A stretch of DNA of 64,000 bases from Myxococcota bacterium (GTDB lineage: Bacteria; Myxococcota_A; UBA9160; JAFDDA01): NCBI GenBank assembly GCA_965228475.1, contig OZ245817.1:4064001-4128000 (forward strand), in the 5' to 3' direction. The notes below the pieces were generated by a model. That model was not told where the DNA came from and searched no databases. It saw only the letters and a list, made by a program, of their open reading frames with translations. Position numbers and translations under genes: made by a program. Below are positions 9,667-19,239 of this stretch, piece after piece (position 1 is the first letter of the stretch; every line of letters begins with the position of its first letter).

Positions 9667-11001
9667 CTAGCCGAGATCGGCGCAGAGCTCCGCGGCGGCC
9701 CGGTGGCCCGAGGAGACGGCGGACTCGAGCCAAGGCCCGGCGAGGTGGTCGCCGGCGAAGTAGAGGCGCCGCCCCGCAGCGCGGCGGTCCGCGTGGACGC
9801 GGCGGAAGGCGGCGAGCCGGCGGAAGTGGCCGGGTTCGAAGCGGGGCATGGCTGCCTCCCAGCGGGTGACGCGGCGGAAGAGCGCCTCTCCGCGAAGCTC
9901 GGGAACGTGACGCTCGAGCAGCCCGACGAGCTCCTTCTCGACGACGTCGTCGGCGACGCCGGACCAGCGCGCTGCGGCGTCGGCCGTGGCCACCGCGACG
10001 GCCACGCCTCCCGCCTCGGGGAGGCCCTGGGCCCCGTCCCCGGCGAGGAGGCTGATCGCCTCGATCGGAAGCCCTTCGGACGAAGGCACCCAGATGCGCC
10101 GCGACACGCCGAAGCGTCGCTCGGCCAGGCCGATGCTGAGGGTCAGGGCCGGCGCATGGGCGACGCCGCCGAGGAAGTCCTGCTCGGCGGTGGCCAGCAC
10201 GCCCGGCGCGATCCGGATCGCGACCGGCGCCGGCACGGCCAGCACGACCGCGTCCGCGGGGGCGACGCCGCTTCCCGCCGCCGTTTCGAAGGCCACGTCG
10301 AAGCCGCCGTCGCTGCGCTTGGTGACCTCACCGACGCGGCAGCCCGTGCGCACGTCGAGGCCGCGGGCCCGCTCGGAGAGGAAGGCCCCGAAGCCGCCCC
10401 GGACATGCGCGAGGGGCGCGGCGCGATGCGTCTCCGCGCGGAGCAGGAACAGGAGCCGGCTCGTGTCCTCGGGCCGCTGGAAGGTGCCGGCGGTGGCCAT
10501 CGGCCCGATCCAGCGCTCGGCCACGCTCGCGCCGAAGTAGAGCTTCGCGAAGTCGCGCAGCGAGCGGTCGTCCCAGCGCGCCGCGCGCTCCGGAGCGTCG
10601 GCGTCGAGGACCGAGCGGTAGCGGGCCATCAGGCGGTCGAGCCGCATGAGCCGGAGCGCATCGAGGTTGCGGACGCCCGGGATCCGGGCCACGCCGAAGC
10701 GGCTCGAGAAGTCGATCGCGGTCGTGTCGCCGCCGCGAATCTGCGCCAGGCCGCCCGGGCCGAGGGCCCGGACGCGGCCGCCCTCCCCGGCCGCCGTGAG
10801 CCAGCCGAGCAGCCGGCGGTCGGCCATGGAAACCACGTGGCCGCCGGGGTCGAAGACCGCCCCGCCGGCCTCGCCGGACGCGGCGCGCCCACCCGGCGCC
10901 TCGGCCGCCTCGAGCACGGTCACCTCGCGGCCGGCTTCCGCCAGCTGGGAGGCCGCCGAGAGGCCCGCGGGCCCGGCTCCGATGACGACGACGCGCTGCA
11001 T
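9667..11001 (-). CDS. FAD-dependent oxidoreductase (amine oxidase / protoporphyrinogen oxidase-like)
   Basis: VIGAGPAGL Rossmann motif, EA...PGGR, C-terminal FAGDHL...ESAVSSG. Confidence 0.8.
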   Translation of the reverse strand: MQRVVVIGAGPAGLSAASQLAEAGREVTVLEAAEAPGGRAASGEAGGAVFDPGGHVVSMADRRLLGWLTAAGEGGRVRALGPGGLAQIRGGDTTAIDFSSRFGVARIPGVRNLDALRLMRLDRLMARYRSVLDADAPERAARWDDRSLRDFAKLYFGASVAERWIGPMATAGTFQRPEDTSRLLFLLRAETHRAAPLAHVRGGFGAFLSERARGLDVRTGCRVGEVTKRSDGGFDVAFETAAGSGVAPADAVVLAVPAPVAIRIAPGVLATAEQDFLGGVAHAPALTLSIGLAERRFGVSRRIWVPSSEGLPIEAISLLAGDGAQGLPEAGGVAVAVATADAAARWSGVADDVVEKELVGLLERHVPELRGEALFRRVTRWEAAMPRFEPGHFRRLAAFRRVHADRRAAGRRLYFAGDHLAGPWLESAVSSGHRAAAELCADLG

Positions 11002-11154
11002 GGCGGCCGAGCCTAGCACCCCGGGGGCGTGAACCCCCTCCGCCCCCGGCGCGTACTAGGGGGCGTGAGTGAAGCCCTTCTCGCCGAGAACGGCCCCTGG
11101 TGGGCCCCGAGAACCGCGGTGGCCGCCGGGCGGAAGTGGGTATGGTCCGGCTCG

Positions 11155-11715
11155 ATGGCGAGCGACGAGGAATGCATGGCCCGGGTCGCCCAGGGCGACG
11201 ACGAGGCCCTGGCCGAGCTGCTCGGCCGCTTCCGCGGGCCGCTCTATGGGTTCCTCTCGCGCCGGGTCCCGTCCTCGGAGACCGACGATCTCTTCCAGGA
11301 GACCTGGCTGCGGGTCGTCCGCTACCGCGACCGCTTCGACCCGAAGCGGCGCTTCTCGACCTGGCTCTTCCAGATCGCGAACAACCTGTGCCGCGACCGG
11401 GCGCGCCGGCGCGAGGTGAGGGAGCGCCATCGGACGGCGAGCCAGGCCGAGGCCCAGGCCGACCCGGCGCGCACCACGCCGCCGCCCCTCGACCGCGATC
11501 TCGACATGCGCCGACGCGTGTCCGCGCTGCCGGATCCGCTCCGCGAGGTCCTCGTCCTCCGCTACTACCGCGACCTCCCCGAGAAGGAGATCGCGAAGAT
11601 CGTGGGCATCCCGCCGGGAACGGTGAAGAGCCGCCTGCACAAGGCCGTGAAGACGCTGCGCGCGGGCCTCGCGGAAGAGGACGCCGTCTGCGAGGAGAAC
11701 GACGATGACCGCTGA
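11155..11715 (+). CDS. ECF RNA polymerase sigma factor
   Basis: DDLFQETWLRV, FSTWLFQIANN (region 2); EIAKIVGIPPGTVKSRLH (region 4). Confidence 0.92.
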   Translation: MASDEECMARVAQGDDEALAELLGRFRGPLYGFLSRRVPSSETDDLFQETWLRVVRYRDRFDPKRRFSTWLFQIANNLCRDRARRREVRERHRTASQAEAQADPARTTPPPLDRDLDMRRRVSALPDPLREVLVLRYYRDLPEKEIAKIVGIPPGTVKSRLHKAVKTLRAGLAEEDAVCEENDDDR

Positions 11716-12223
11716 AGCTTCGCGCTGCGAGGCCGTCCAGGCACGGCTTTCCGACGCGCTCCTCGCCGGAACGGTCGCGGCGGAGACGGACCGCCAGCAC
11801 GCCGCGGGCTGCGCGGACTGCGGCGCCTTCGAGCGCGACACCGCGCGGCTCGCGCGGGCCTTCGCGGCGGACGCCCTCCCGAACGCGAGCGACGCCCTGG
11901 TGAACGCCACCCTCGAGCGCGCGAAGGCCGAGCTCGCGGCGCCCGACCCGGAGCGGGCGGCGATCCCCGAGGGCTACCGCCGCGAGTTCGGCCGCCTGCT
12001 CGGCGCGGCGCTCCTGCCGCTGCCGATCGTGCTGGCCTGGAACGCGACCGTCCTCTCGATCGGCGGCGACCTGCTCGGCGGCCTCCTCCCGGCCGGCCTC
12101 CTCCAGGCCGCCGGCACCGCCTACGTCCTGGCCGGCGCGACCTGGCTCGGCTGCCTGTACGGATCCCTTCCCCTGGTGGCGCATCGCACGATGCACCGCC
12201 GCGCCTTGGAGATGGCCTCATGA
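11705..12223 (+). CDS. putative zinc-binding membrane anti-sigma factor
   Basis: C...HAAGCADC (HxxxCxxC) ZAS motif followed by two hydrophobic helices; overlaps sigma stop. Confidence 0.75.
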   Translation: MTAEASRCEAVQARLSDALLAGTVAAETDRQHAAGCADCGAFERDTARLARAFAADALPNASDALVNATLERAKAELAAPDPERAAIPEGYRREFGRLLGAALLPLPIVLAWNATVLSIGGDLLGGLLPAGLLQAAGTAYVLAGATWLGCLYGSLPLVAHRTMHRRALEMAS

Positions 12224-12546
12224 CCGAAACCAGAACCTGCCCCTACTGCGCGGAGTCGATCCGCGCCGAAGCGATCAAGTGCCGATACTGCGGCTCGATG
12301 GTCTCGGCCTTCCCGCTGGCGACGGAGTGGGTGCGGAAGGAGAACGGCCGCATGATGGCCGGCGTCTGCGCCGGGCTCGCCGAACGCTTCACCGTCTCGG
12401 TGACGGTCATCCGGCTCGCCTTCGTGCTCGGCTTCCTCTTCTCCGGGGGCGCCGCCGCGATCCTCTACATGGTGCTCTGGGTGATCATGCCCCTCGAGAT
12501 CCCGCGGGACTTCGACGCGGACTACGTCGGCCAGGACGACTACTGA
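12220..12546 (+). CDS. PspC-domain protein with N-terminal zinc ribbon
   Basis: CPYC...CRYC ribbon; GRMMAGVCAGLAERF...IRLAFV...YMVLWVIMP PspC motif; ATGA coupling. Confidence 0.85.
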   Translation: MTETRTCPYCAESIRAEAIKCRYCGSMVSAFPLATEWVRKENGRMMAGVCAGLAERFTVSVTVIRLAFVLGFLFSGGAAAILYMVLWVIMPLEIPRDFDADYVGQDDY

Positions 12547-12566
12547 AGGAGCGGTAGCGGCCGGGC

Positions 12567-15092
12567 CTAGCCCGAGATGCGGCGCGTGAGGGCCGCGATC
12601 ACGTCGGCCAGGGTGTCGAAGGGCTCGTAGGGAACACCCTGCCGGTCGAGCTCCGGCGCGAGGGTGTCCTTCGCGAAGGCCCAGTCCGCGGCGCGCGCGC
12701 CGCAGAGATCCGAAACACGGCCGTTCCCGATGTGGGCCACCGGCACGCCCGGGTTCCGGCGGCGGAACTGTTCGATGCGGCCGCGCTTGCAGGTGCCGGT
12801 GCCGCACCCGCACGCGGGGTTCGGGAAGCCCGCGGCGATGCCCCAGCGGTCGCCTTCGTACCAGAGCCGGTTGCACTCGTACTCGAAGCGGACGCCGAAG
12901 CGCTCCTGCAGCCGGTCGAGGTTGCGGTCGAAGCCGTCCGAGAGCACGCGGAAGGGCACGCCGCGGTCCGCGCACCAATCGACGAGATCGCTCGCCCCCG
13001 GGTCGAGCTCGACGGACATCAGGAATTCTTCGAGGGCCTCGGGCGGGCACGGGAGACCGTGCAGGATCTCGAGGTTGTACTCCCAGGCCGTGGTCTCGCC
13101 GCGCTCGTAGCGCTCCCAGGCAGCCGGCCGGCGGTCCGCCGCATACTGCTTCGCCAGGGTCGAACCGACGTCCTGCACCAGGAACGTCCCGTCGAAATCG
13201 CAGAAGACGGCGCAGGGCGGCGGCGGGCCTTCGCGCACGACCTGGGCGCTGCGCCCCGGGAGCGTCACGCCGGCGCACTCGGCGGTCTCGTCGGAGCCGT
13301 TCACGTGGGCGCGGATCGTCCTCGTCCCGTCGCTCGCGGAGGTCCCCTTCGCAAAGCCGGGCTCGAAGACGCCGAGGGTCCGGACCGCGCGGCCGCCGCC
13401 GATGCGATCCACGGCGCGCGCCCCGTCCAGGGTGTCGAGGAGCAGCGCGCGCCCCTCGTCCCCGAGGTGCTGCCAGTCGTCGCTGAAGATCAGCATGCCG
13501 GCGCTGCCGGCGATCGAGGCGCCGAGCGTCGCGGCCTCGTTCGGGGTCAGGTTCGTGTCGCTCGTGCGGGCCATCAGGCAGTCCGGGTCGTTCAGCCAGA
13601 GGCGCCGGTGCTGGAAGGCCCGGGCGAGCACGTTGCGGACGGCGCTGCGCGTCGAAGGCTGCGTCGGCTCGATCCCGGGGATCTTGATCGGTGCATCGTT
13701 TCCCCAGCGCGGGGCTACGTCCGGGCCGATGCGCATGCCGTCGACGACGCCCACCGCGGGCCCGAGCGGGCAGCCGCAGCCGAGGATGAAATCGCGCTCG
13801 CCGACGCCGCGGCGGACCGCTTCGAGCCCGGCGCGCAGCCGTTCGGCCCGGGTCACCTGCATGTCCGCCGCCACCGAGGGCATCGCCGCGGAGAAGAGGA
13901 AGTCGATCTTGTGGTAGACGAAGCCGAGGTCGTGGATCTCGCGGAACGTCTTCTCGAGGTGCGCGACGACCTCCGCGCGGGTCGTGTCGAGGACGTGGAC
14001 CGCGCCGTCCTCCGGGTTCCAGGTGGGATGCACGAGGCCGCGGAAGAACGCGCCGGCCTCGTCGCGAAGGAACCACTCGGGGTGGTCTTCGAAGACGCGG
14101 CTCTTCGGCACCGCGTTGAAGGGCGCCGTCCAGAGCCCCGGCAGGAAGCCCGCGGACCGGATGCCCTCGGCCACCGGCGCGAGGCCGCGCGGGAACTTCG
14201 CGTTGGTTTCGAGCCAATCGCCGATCTCGCGCTGGAAGCCGTCGTCGAGCTGCACGACGGAGATCGGCACCTCGTTGCGCGCGGCGGCGAGCGCGTCGAG
14301 ATTCCGCAGCAGATCCTCTTCGGTGACGTCGTGGAAGAAGTGGTACCAGCTGCACCAGCCGGCCTGGAAGGGCGCGTCGCTGCGCGCGGCGCCGAAGGCA
14401 CCGTGGGCGTCGGCGTGCTCCTGAAGGAGCCGGTTCACGTCGGTCCCGACGGCGGCGCGCACGGGCTCGAGGCCGCGGCGCTCCCCCGGCGCGAGTTCGG
14501 TTTCGAGCACGAGTTCGACGGCGAGGCGGACTTCCTCGGGGCCGGGCCGGAGATGGACGACGCCGAACTCTCCGCCGCGCTCGAGCACGCCGACGCAGCA
14601 GGCCGGGCCTTCGTCGGAGGCGCCCACCGCCGCGAGGAGGTGCGACTCGTGCCAGCCACCGCGATCCGCCGGCGGCGCGCCCCGCGCATGGAACATGCTG
14701 CGCAGCCACTCGCCGCTCGGGAAGGGTTCCGGCCCCGCTTCGTCGAGGGCCTCGGCGCAGGTCTCCGACCACGACTGCCAGCCGTGCTTCAGGAAGCGCA
14801 GATCCTTCAGGCCGTGGTCGCGCCAGCGCAGGCCGAGGAAGACCGACTCCACCTGGACCGGCGCCTCCGAGACATTTTGGACGGAGAGGTCGACCCGCGC
14901 GTGGTCGCCCTGCCCGTCGAGCGCGATCCCGATCTCGAGCGGACCGACGCGCACCCGCCCGGGGGCGAAGACCGCCTCGCCGACGGTCGGCGCGCCGCCT
15001 CCGACGGAGACCCCGGGCGCGAAGCGCGCCCCGACCTCCTGGGCGGTGAGTTGACCGGAGCCCTGAGCTTTGGCGATGGCGGAACGGAACAT
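12567..15092 (-). CDS. GH36 alpha-galactosidase fused to C-terminal MtnX-like HAD phosphatase
   Basis: GWCSWY, QLDDGFQ, GLWTAPF, YHKIDFL, MRIGPDV, WLNDPDCL (GH36); CDFDGT, VLSDGF, CK, HIGNGRVSD (HAD); ATG at 15092. Confidence 0.8.
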   Translation of the reverse strand: MFRSAIAKAQGSGQLTAQEVGARFAPGVSVGGGAPTVGEAVFAPGRVRVGPLEIGIALDGQGDHARVDLSVQNVSEAPVQVESVFLGLRWRDHGLKDLRFLKHGWQSWSETCAEALDEAGPEPFPSGEWLRSMFHARGAPPADRGGWHESHLLAAVGASDEGPACCVGVLERGGEFGVVHLRPGPEEVRLAVELVLETELAPGERRGLEPVRAAVGTDVNRLLQEHADAHGAFGAARSDAPFQAGWCSWYHFFHDVTEEDLLRNLDALAAARNEVPISVVQLDDGFQREIGDWLETNAKFPRGLAPVAEGIRSAGFLPGLWTAPFNAVPKSRVFEDHPEWFLRDEAGAFFRGLVHPTWNPEDGAVHVLDTTRAEVVAHLEKTFREIHDLGFVYHKIDFLFSAAMPSVAADMQVTRAERLRAGLEAVRRGVGERDFILGCGCPLGPAVGVVDGMRIGPDVAPRWGNDAPIKIPGIEPTQPSTRSAVRNVLARAFQHRRLWLNDPDCLMARTSDTNLTPNEAATLGASIAGSAGMLIFSDDWQHLGDEGRALLLDTLDGARAVDRIGGGRAVRTLGVFEPGFAKGTSASDGTRTIRAHVNGSDETAECAGVTLPGRSAQVVREGPPPPCAVFCDFDGTFLVQDVGSTLAKQYAADRRPAAWERYERGETTAWEYNLEILHGLPCPPEALEEFLMSVELDPGASDLVDWCADRGVPFRVLSDGFDRNLDRLQERFGVRFEYECNRLWYEGDRWGIAAGFPNPACGCGTGTCKRGRIEQFRRRNPGVPVAHIGNGRVSDLCGARAADWAFAKDTLAPELDRQGVPYEPFDTLADVIAALTRRISG

Positions 15093-15113
15093 GGGCGGCA
15101 CAGTATAGGCGCC

Positions 15114-16109
15114 ATGTCCGCCATGTCCGAAGACGAAGCCCCGAAGGGCACGGCCGCAGGAGGTCTGCGGCGGGCCGCAGGAGCGGGCCGGGCCGAGGCG
15201 TTGCGGGAGCGGCTCCGCCGGGGCCCTCCCCTGCTGCTCGACGGCGCGCTCGGCACGGAGATCGAGCGCCGGGGCGCCCACGCCGGGCTCCCGCTCTGGT
15301 CGACCCACGCCCTCCTGGACGACCCGACGCTCGTCGAAGCGATCCACCTCGACTACCTGCGCGCGGGGAGCGAGCTGCTCGTCGCGGACACCTTCCGGAC
15401 CCAGCGGCGCACCCTCGCCCGCGCCGGGCTCGGGGAACGCACGGCCGGTCTGACCCGGCAGGCCGTGGACCTCGCGCGCGCGGCGGCTCATCACGACGGG
15501 TCCGCCTGCTTCGTAGCGGGCTCGATCCCGCCGCTCGAGGACTGCTACCGGCCGGACCTCGTGCCGGACGAGGCCGCCCTGGCCCGAGAGCACCGCGAGC
15601 ACGCCGGTCACCTGCTCGATGCCGGCGTCGACCTCGCCTTCGTCGAGACCATGAACTGCGCACGCGAAGCCCGCGCGGCCCTCGCGGCGTGTGCCGAGCT
15701 CGACCTGCCCGCGGCCGTTTCGTTCGTCTGCGATGCCGAGGCGCGGCTGCTCTCGGGCGAGCCCCTGGCCGAGGCCATCGAGACGATCGCTCCGATGGCA
15801 CCCCTGGCCATCGGCGTGAACTGCCTGCCCGCCGCGGCGGCGCAGGCGTCGCTGCCCGCACTGGCCGCGAGCGGTCTGCCCTTCTTCGTCTACGCCAACC
15901 TCGGCGCACCGACCGAGGAAGGCGGCTTCGAACGGAGCGACGCCCTTTCGCCGGAGGCGTTCGCCGAACACGCCCGGGCGTGGCTCGACGCGGGCGCGGC
16001 GGCCGTCGGCGGCTGCTGCGGCACGACCCCGGATCACATCCGCGCCGTTGGAAAGCTTCTTCCCAACTCGGGCGGATCCCGAACACAAATTGCGTCACCG
16101 CCTGCCTAG
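15114..16109 (+). CDS. homocysteine S-methyltransferase family protein
   Basis: LLDGALGTE, HLDYLRAGS, IGVNC, GGCCGTTPDHI zinc-ligand motifs. Confidence 0.88.
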   Translation: MSAMSEDEAPKGTAAGGLRRAAGAGRAEALRERLRRGPPLLLDGALGTEIERRGAHAGLPLWSTHALLDDPTLVEAIHLDYLRAGSELLVADTFRTQRRTLARAGLGERTAGLTRQAVDLARAAAHHDGSACFVAGSIPPLEDCYRPDLVPDEAALAREHREHAGHLLDAGVDLAFVETMNCAREARAALAACAELDLPAAVSFVCDAEARLLSGEPLAEAIETIAPMAPLAIGVNCLPAAAAQASLPALAASGLPFFVYANLGAPTEEGGFERSDALSPEAFAEHARAWLDAGAAAVGGCCGTTPDHIRAVGKLLPNSGGSRTQIASPPA

Positions 16110-16228
16110 GGCCTGCCTTCGGGCTTCGCGTTCCTGCTCGCCCGAAACCGGCAGCGAATGCGCCGACGGATCGATTTCACCAACAAGATCGGATACTTGG
16201 AGACTCGCCCCCGGAACGGCGTGGGGAG

Positions 16229-16244
16229 TGGCACGCGCCTTGCT
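16229..16244 (+). promoter_or_regulatory. sigma54 (-24/-12) promoter
   Basis: TGGCACGCGCCTTGCT matches TGGCACG-N4-TTGCW exactly, in an intergenic region. Confidence 0.75.
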
Positions 16245-16254
16245 CTACCTACGA

Positions 16255-16338
16255 CACGACAGCAGCGAACGCTCCCCGCGCCCGGACTGAGTACCCCTCC
16301 CCTCGCATTGTGCGAGGACTCGGTCCGGGCGTTCCCTT
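16255..16338 (+). ncRNA. candidate sigma54-dependent small RNA or structured leader
   Basis: 14-bp stem (16279-16292/16318-16331), 8-nt C-rich bulge and 7-bp stem, followed by TTCCCTT, directly after the sigma54 promoter. Confidence 0.45.
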
Positions 16339-18354
16339 ATGTTCCGCACGATGTCGCCCGCCGCGAAACGCCAGGCCCGCTCGCGAATTCCCCCGCTCCT
16401 TCCCGAACCGCGCGTCGTCCGGCCCGCCGCCGGCACCTTCACGCTGCGCGACGGCCTGCCCATCGTGCTCGAACCGGGCGCGAGCGAAGCCGACGAGCGG
16501 AGCGCGCGGCGCCTGGCCGAAGCGGTCCATGCGGCCTGCGGGCTCTCTCTTCCGGTCGAGGGACATGCCGAAGCCGACGACCTCGGCCCGCGCATCGAGC
16601 TGCGCCGCCGCTCGGGAGCCGGCCGGGTCGCCCAGGGCTACACGATCTCGGTCTCGGGCGTCCGCATCGAGGCCGTGGGCGGGGGCGATTCCGGCCTGCG
16701 CTACGCGGTCGAAACGCTGGCCCAGCTCGTCGCGCGCAGCGGCCGCGTGCCCGCCTGCGAGATCGAAGACACCCCGGACTTCCGCTACCGCGGCGTGATG
16801 CTCGACGTCTCGCGGGGCAAGGTCCCGACCGCCGACGCCCTGCGCGACGTCATCGAGATCTGCGCACGGATGAAGCTGAACGTGCTCATGCTCTACACCG
16901 AGCACACGTTCCAGTTCCGCCGCCACCCCGAGATCGGCGCCGGCGCTTCCCCGATGGATGCGGACACCGTGCGTGCCCTCGACACCTTCGCGGCCGAGCG
17001 GCACGTCGAGCTGGTGCCGACGCTCCAGTCGCTCGGCCACATGCGCCACGTTCTCGCTCTCGACGGCTACCGCCACCTCGCCGAGACCGACCGCCTCTGG
17101 ACGCTCGCACCCGTCGACCCCGGCACCTACACCCTGCTCTCGGACCTCTACGCCGAGTACCTGCCGAACTTCCGCTCGGCCTTCTTCAACGCGAACTGCG
17201 ACGAACCCTACGATCTCGGCCGCGGCCGCTCGGCCGAACGCTCGCGCGAGCTCGGGCCGGGCGGCCTGTTCCTCGAGCACGTCCGCCGCATCCGCGACCT
17301 CGCCCGCGACCACGGCAAGCGCACCCTCGTCTGGGGCGACGTCGTCCACCAGCATCCCCAGCGCATCCCGGAGATCGACCGGGACCTCGTCCTGCTCGAC
17401 TGGTGGTACGAGGCGAAGGGCGACTTCGAGCGCGTGAAGCGCTTCGCGGAGAACGGCATCGAGTTCTGGGTCTGCCCGGGGACCTCTTCGTGGAACTGCC
17501 TCTTCCCGCGCGTCGCGAACGCCGAGCAGAACGTCGCCGCCTACGCCGATGCGGGCCGGCGCCACGGCGCCGCCGGACTCGTGAACACCGACTGGGGCGA
17601 TCACGGCCACTACAACCTCCAGGCCAACTCCTGGCTCGGCTACGCCCAGGGAGCGCAGCAGGCCTGGTCCGGCGAGTACGACGCGAAGCGTTTCGACGGT
17701 GCGTTCTCGCGCCTCTGCTTCGGGGACGAGACCGGGCGTGCCGCACGCCTCTACCGCGAGCTGGGCGCCGTGCACGACGTCGGAAGCCCCGTGTTCAACG
17801 GCTCGCTCCTGCAGTTCATCTTCTTCGACGACGTGGGCTCGGCACTCTTTTGCGTGGGCGGACGGGCCGCGAAGCTGCGCCGCGCCCTCGCCAAGCTCGA
17901 GCGCGCGCGCGAGCGCATCAGCAATGCCCCGGAGGCCTTCGTCGGCGACCCCCACGCCCACGACGAACTCCTCTACGCCGCCGACGCCTCCTGCTTCGCC
18001 GCCCGCAAGGGCCTCGCCGCCCTCGAATGGCTCGCGTGGCGAAAGAAGCCCGAGCGGCTCGGTACGCGCGAGCGCAGGAAGCTCGCCAAGACGCTGCAGC
18101 GCCTGGCCGGCGAGCAGGCCGGGCTCGGGCGCCGCCTCCGCCGGCTCTGGCTCGCACGCTCGGGGCCCGGCGGCTTCGAGGTCGTGGCCGCCCGCCTGGC
18201 CGGCTCGGTGAAGAGCCTGCGCGCGGCGGCGCGACGGCTCGAGCAGGGCAGACCGCCCGCCGAGGCACCCCCCGAGGCCTTCGATTTCATGACCGGATAC
18301 CGCGCGTTGACCGAACAGGTTGCGCGCTCGGGACCGATCCTGCCCGACGCCTGA
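16339..18354 (+). CDS. glycoside hydrolase family 20 (beta-N-acetylhexosaminidase-like)
   Basis: IEDTPDFRYRGVMLDVSRG, ELVPTLQSLGH, catalytic NCDE, VWGD, TDWGDHGH. Confidence 0.88.
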   Translation: MFRTMSPAAKRQARSRIPPLLPEPRVVRPAAGTFTLRDGLPIVLEPGASEADERSARRLAEAVHAACGLSLPVEGHAEADDLGPRIELRRRSGAGRVAQGYTISVSGVRIEAVGGGDSGLRYAVETLAQLVARSGRVPACEIEDTPDFRYRGVMLDVSRGKVPTADALRDVIEICARMKLNVLMLYTEHTFQFRRHPEIGAGASPMDADTVRALDTFAAERHVELVPTLQSLGHMRHVLALDGYRHLAETDRLWTLAPVDPGTYTLLSDLYAEYLPNFRSAFFNANCDEPYDLGRGRSAERSRELGPGGLFLEHVRRIRDLARDHGKRTLVWGDVVHQHPQRIPEIDRDLVLLDWWYEAKGDFERVKRFAENGIEFWVCPGTSSWNCLFPRVANAEQNVAAYADAGRRHGAAGLVNTDWGDHGHYNLQANSWLGYAQGAQQAWSGEYDAKRFDGAFSRLCFGDETGRAARLYRELGAVHDVGSPVFNGSLLQFIFFDDVGSALFCVGGRAAKLRRALAKLERARERISNAPEAFVGDPHAHDELLYAADASCFAARKGLAALEWLAWRKKPERLGTRERRKLAKTLQRLAGEQAGLGRRLRRLWLARSGPGGFEVVAARLAGSVKSLRAAARRLEQGRPPAEAPPEAFDFMTGYRALTEQVARSGPILPDA

Positions 18355-18448
18355 CGGCGCCCACCCCGGTTCTTCCAGGTTTCCCAAGCAGGCTCCCGTT
18401 CAGTTCGCCCGAGCCCTGGCCGATTCCCCTCGCAGGAGAGCCATCCCG

Positions 18449-19144
18449 TTGGGCAGCACCGTACGCATCCTTTCTGCCAACCTCTGGAACGGCGCCGCCG
18501 AAGCCGACGCCTTCGCCCGCCTGGCGTCCGACCTCGACGCGGACGTCGTCGCCGTCCAGGAGCTGGCACCGGCCCAGGCCGAGGCGCTGGCCGACGCCTT
18601 CCCCTACGGCCTGCTCGAGCCGCGCACGGACTACAACGGCGGCGGCCTCGTCCTCCGCCATCCGGCCGAGGTGCGCCCGGTACCCATGGGACGGCGCCAC
18701 GGCTACGGCGCGACCCTCGACCCCGCCGCCTGGCCGATGCTCGACGCCCCCCTCGAGGTCTTCGGCGTCCACGTCTTCGCGCCCCACGCATACTACGGGC
18801 TCGGCCTGCCCCTGCGCTGGCCGCAGATGCGGGATCTCACCCGGCGCCTCGACGGCGCCGAAGGCCGCTCCCAGGTCGTCGTCGGCGACTTCAACTCGAC
18901 GCCCTCGTGGCCGCTCTACTGGCGCATGCGCCTGCGCTTCGCCGATGCCGCGCTCACCGTCGCGCGCCGGAGCGGCGAGCGGCCGCTTCGCACCTGGGGC
19001 CCCTGGCACGGCGCGCCGCGCCTGCTGCGCATCGATCACGCCTTCGTGCGCGGCGGGGAGCCCGAGACCTTCCGGCGCATCGAGGTCCCGGGCTCGGACC
19101 ACAGCGCGGTCCTCCTCGACCTCGCCGTGAACGCTTCGCGCTGA
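18449..19144 (+). CDS. endonuclease/exonuclease/phosphatase family protein
   Basis: SANL, DVVAVQE, VGDFNS, RIDH, GSDH motifs; TTG start after AGGAG. Confidence 0.85.
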   Translation: MGSTVRILSANLWNGAAEADAFARLASDLDADVVAVQELAPAQAEALADAFPYGLLEPRTDYNGGGLVLRHPAEVRPVPMGRRHGYGATLDPAAWPMLDAPLEVFGVHVFAPHAYYGLGLPLRWPQMRDLTRRLDGAEGRSQVVVGDFNSTPSWPLYWRMRLRFADAALTVARRSGERPLRTWGPWHGAPRLLRIDHAFVRGGEPETFRRIEVPGSDHSAVLLDLAVNASR

Positions 19145-19239
19145 TCCGCCCCGACGGGCCACCTGCGCTCTTTCGGTAAGATCGACGCCCGCGACGGAAA
19201 CCATCCGTCCGCGTCGGGAATCCCGAGGAGGCGTGCGCG

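Noticed and set aside
6302..11016. Long ORFs 6302..9733 (-) and 7321..11016 (+)
   Set aside because: Shadow frames of mutS2 and the oxidoreductase, typical of high-GC DNA; no motifs
15093..16088. N-terminal extension of the GH36 ORF to 1173 aa
   Set aside because: Antisense to the homocysteine methyltransferase, which has clear motifs
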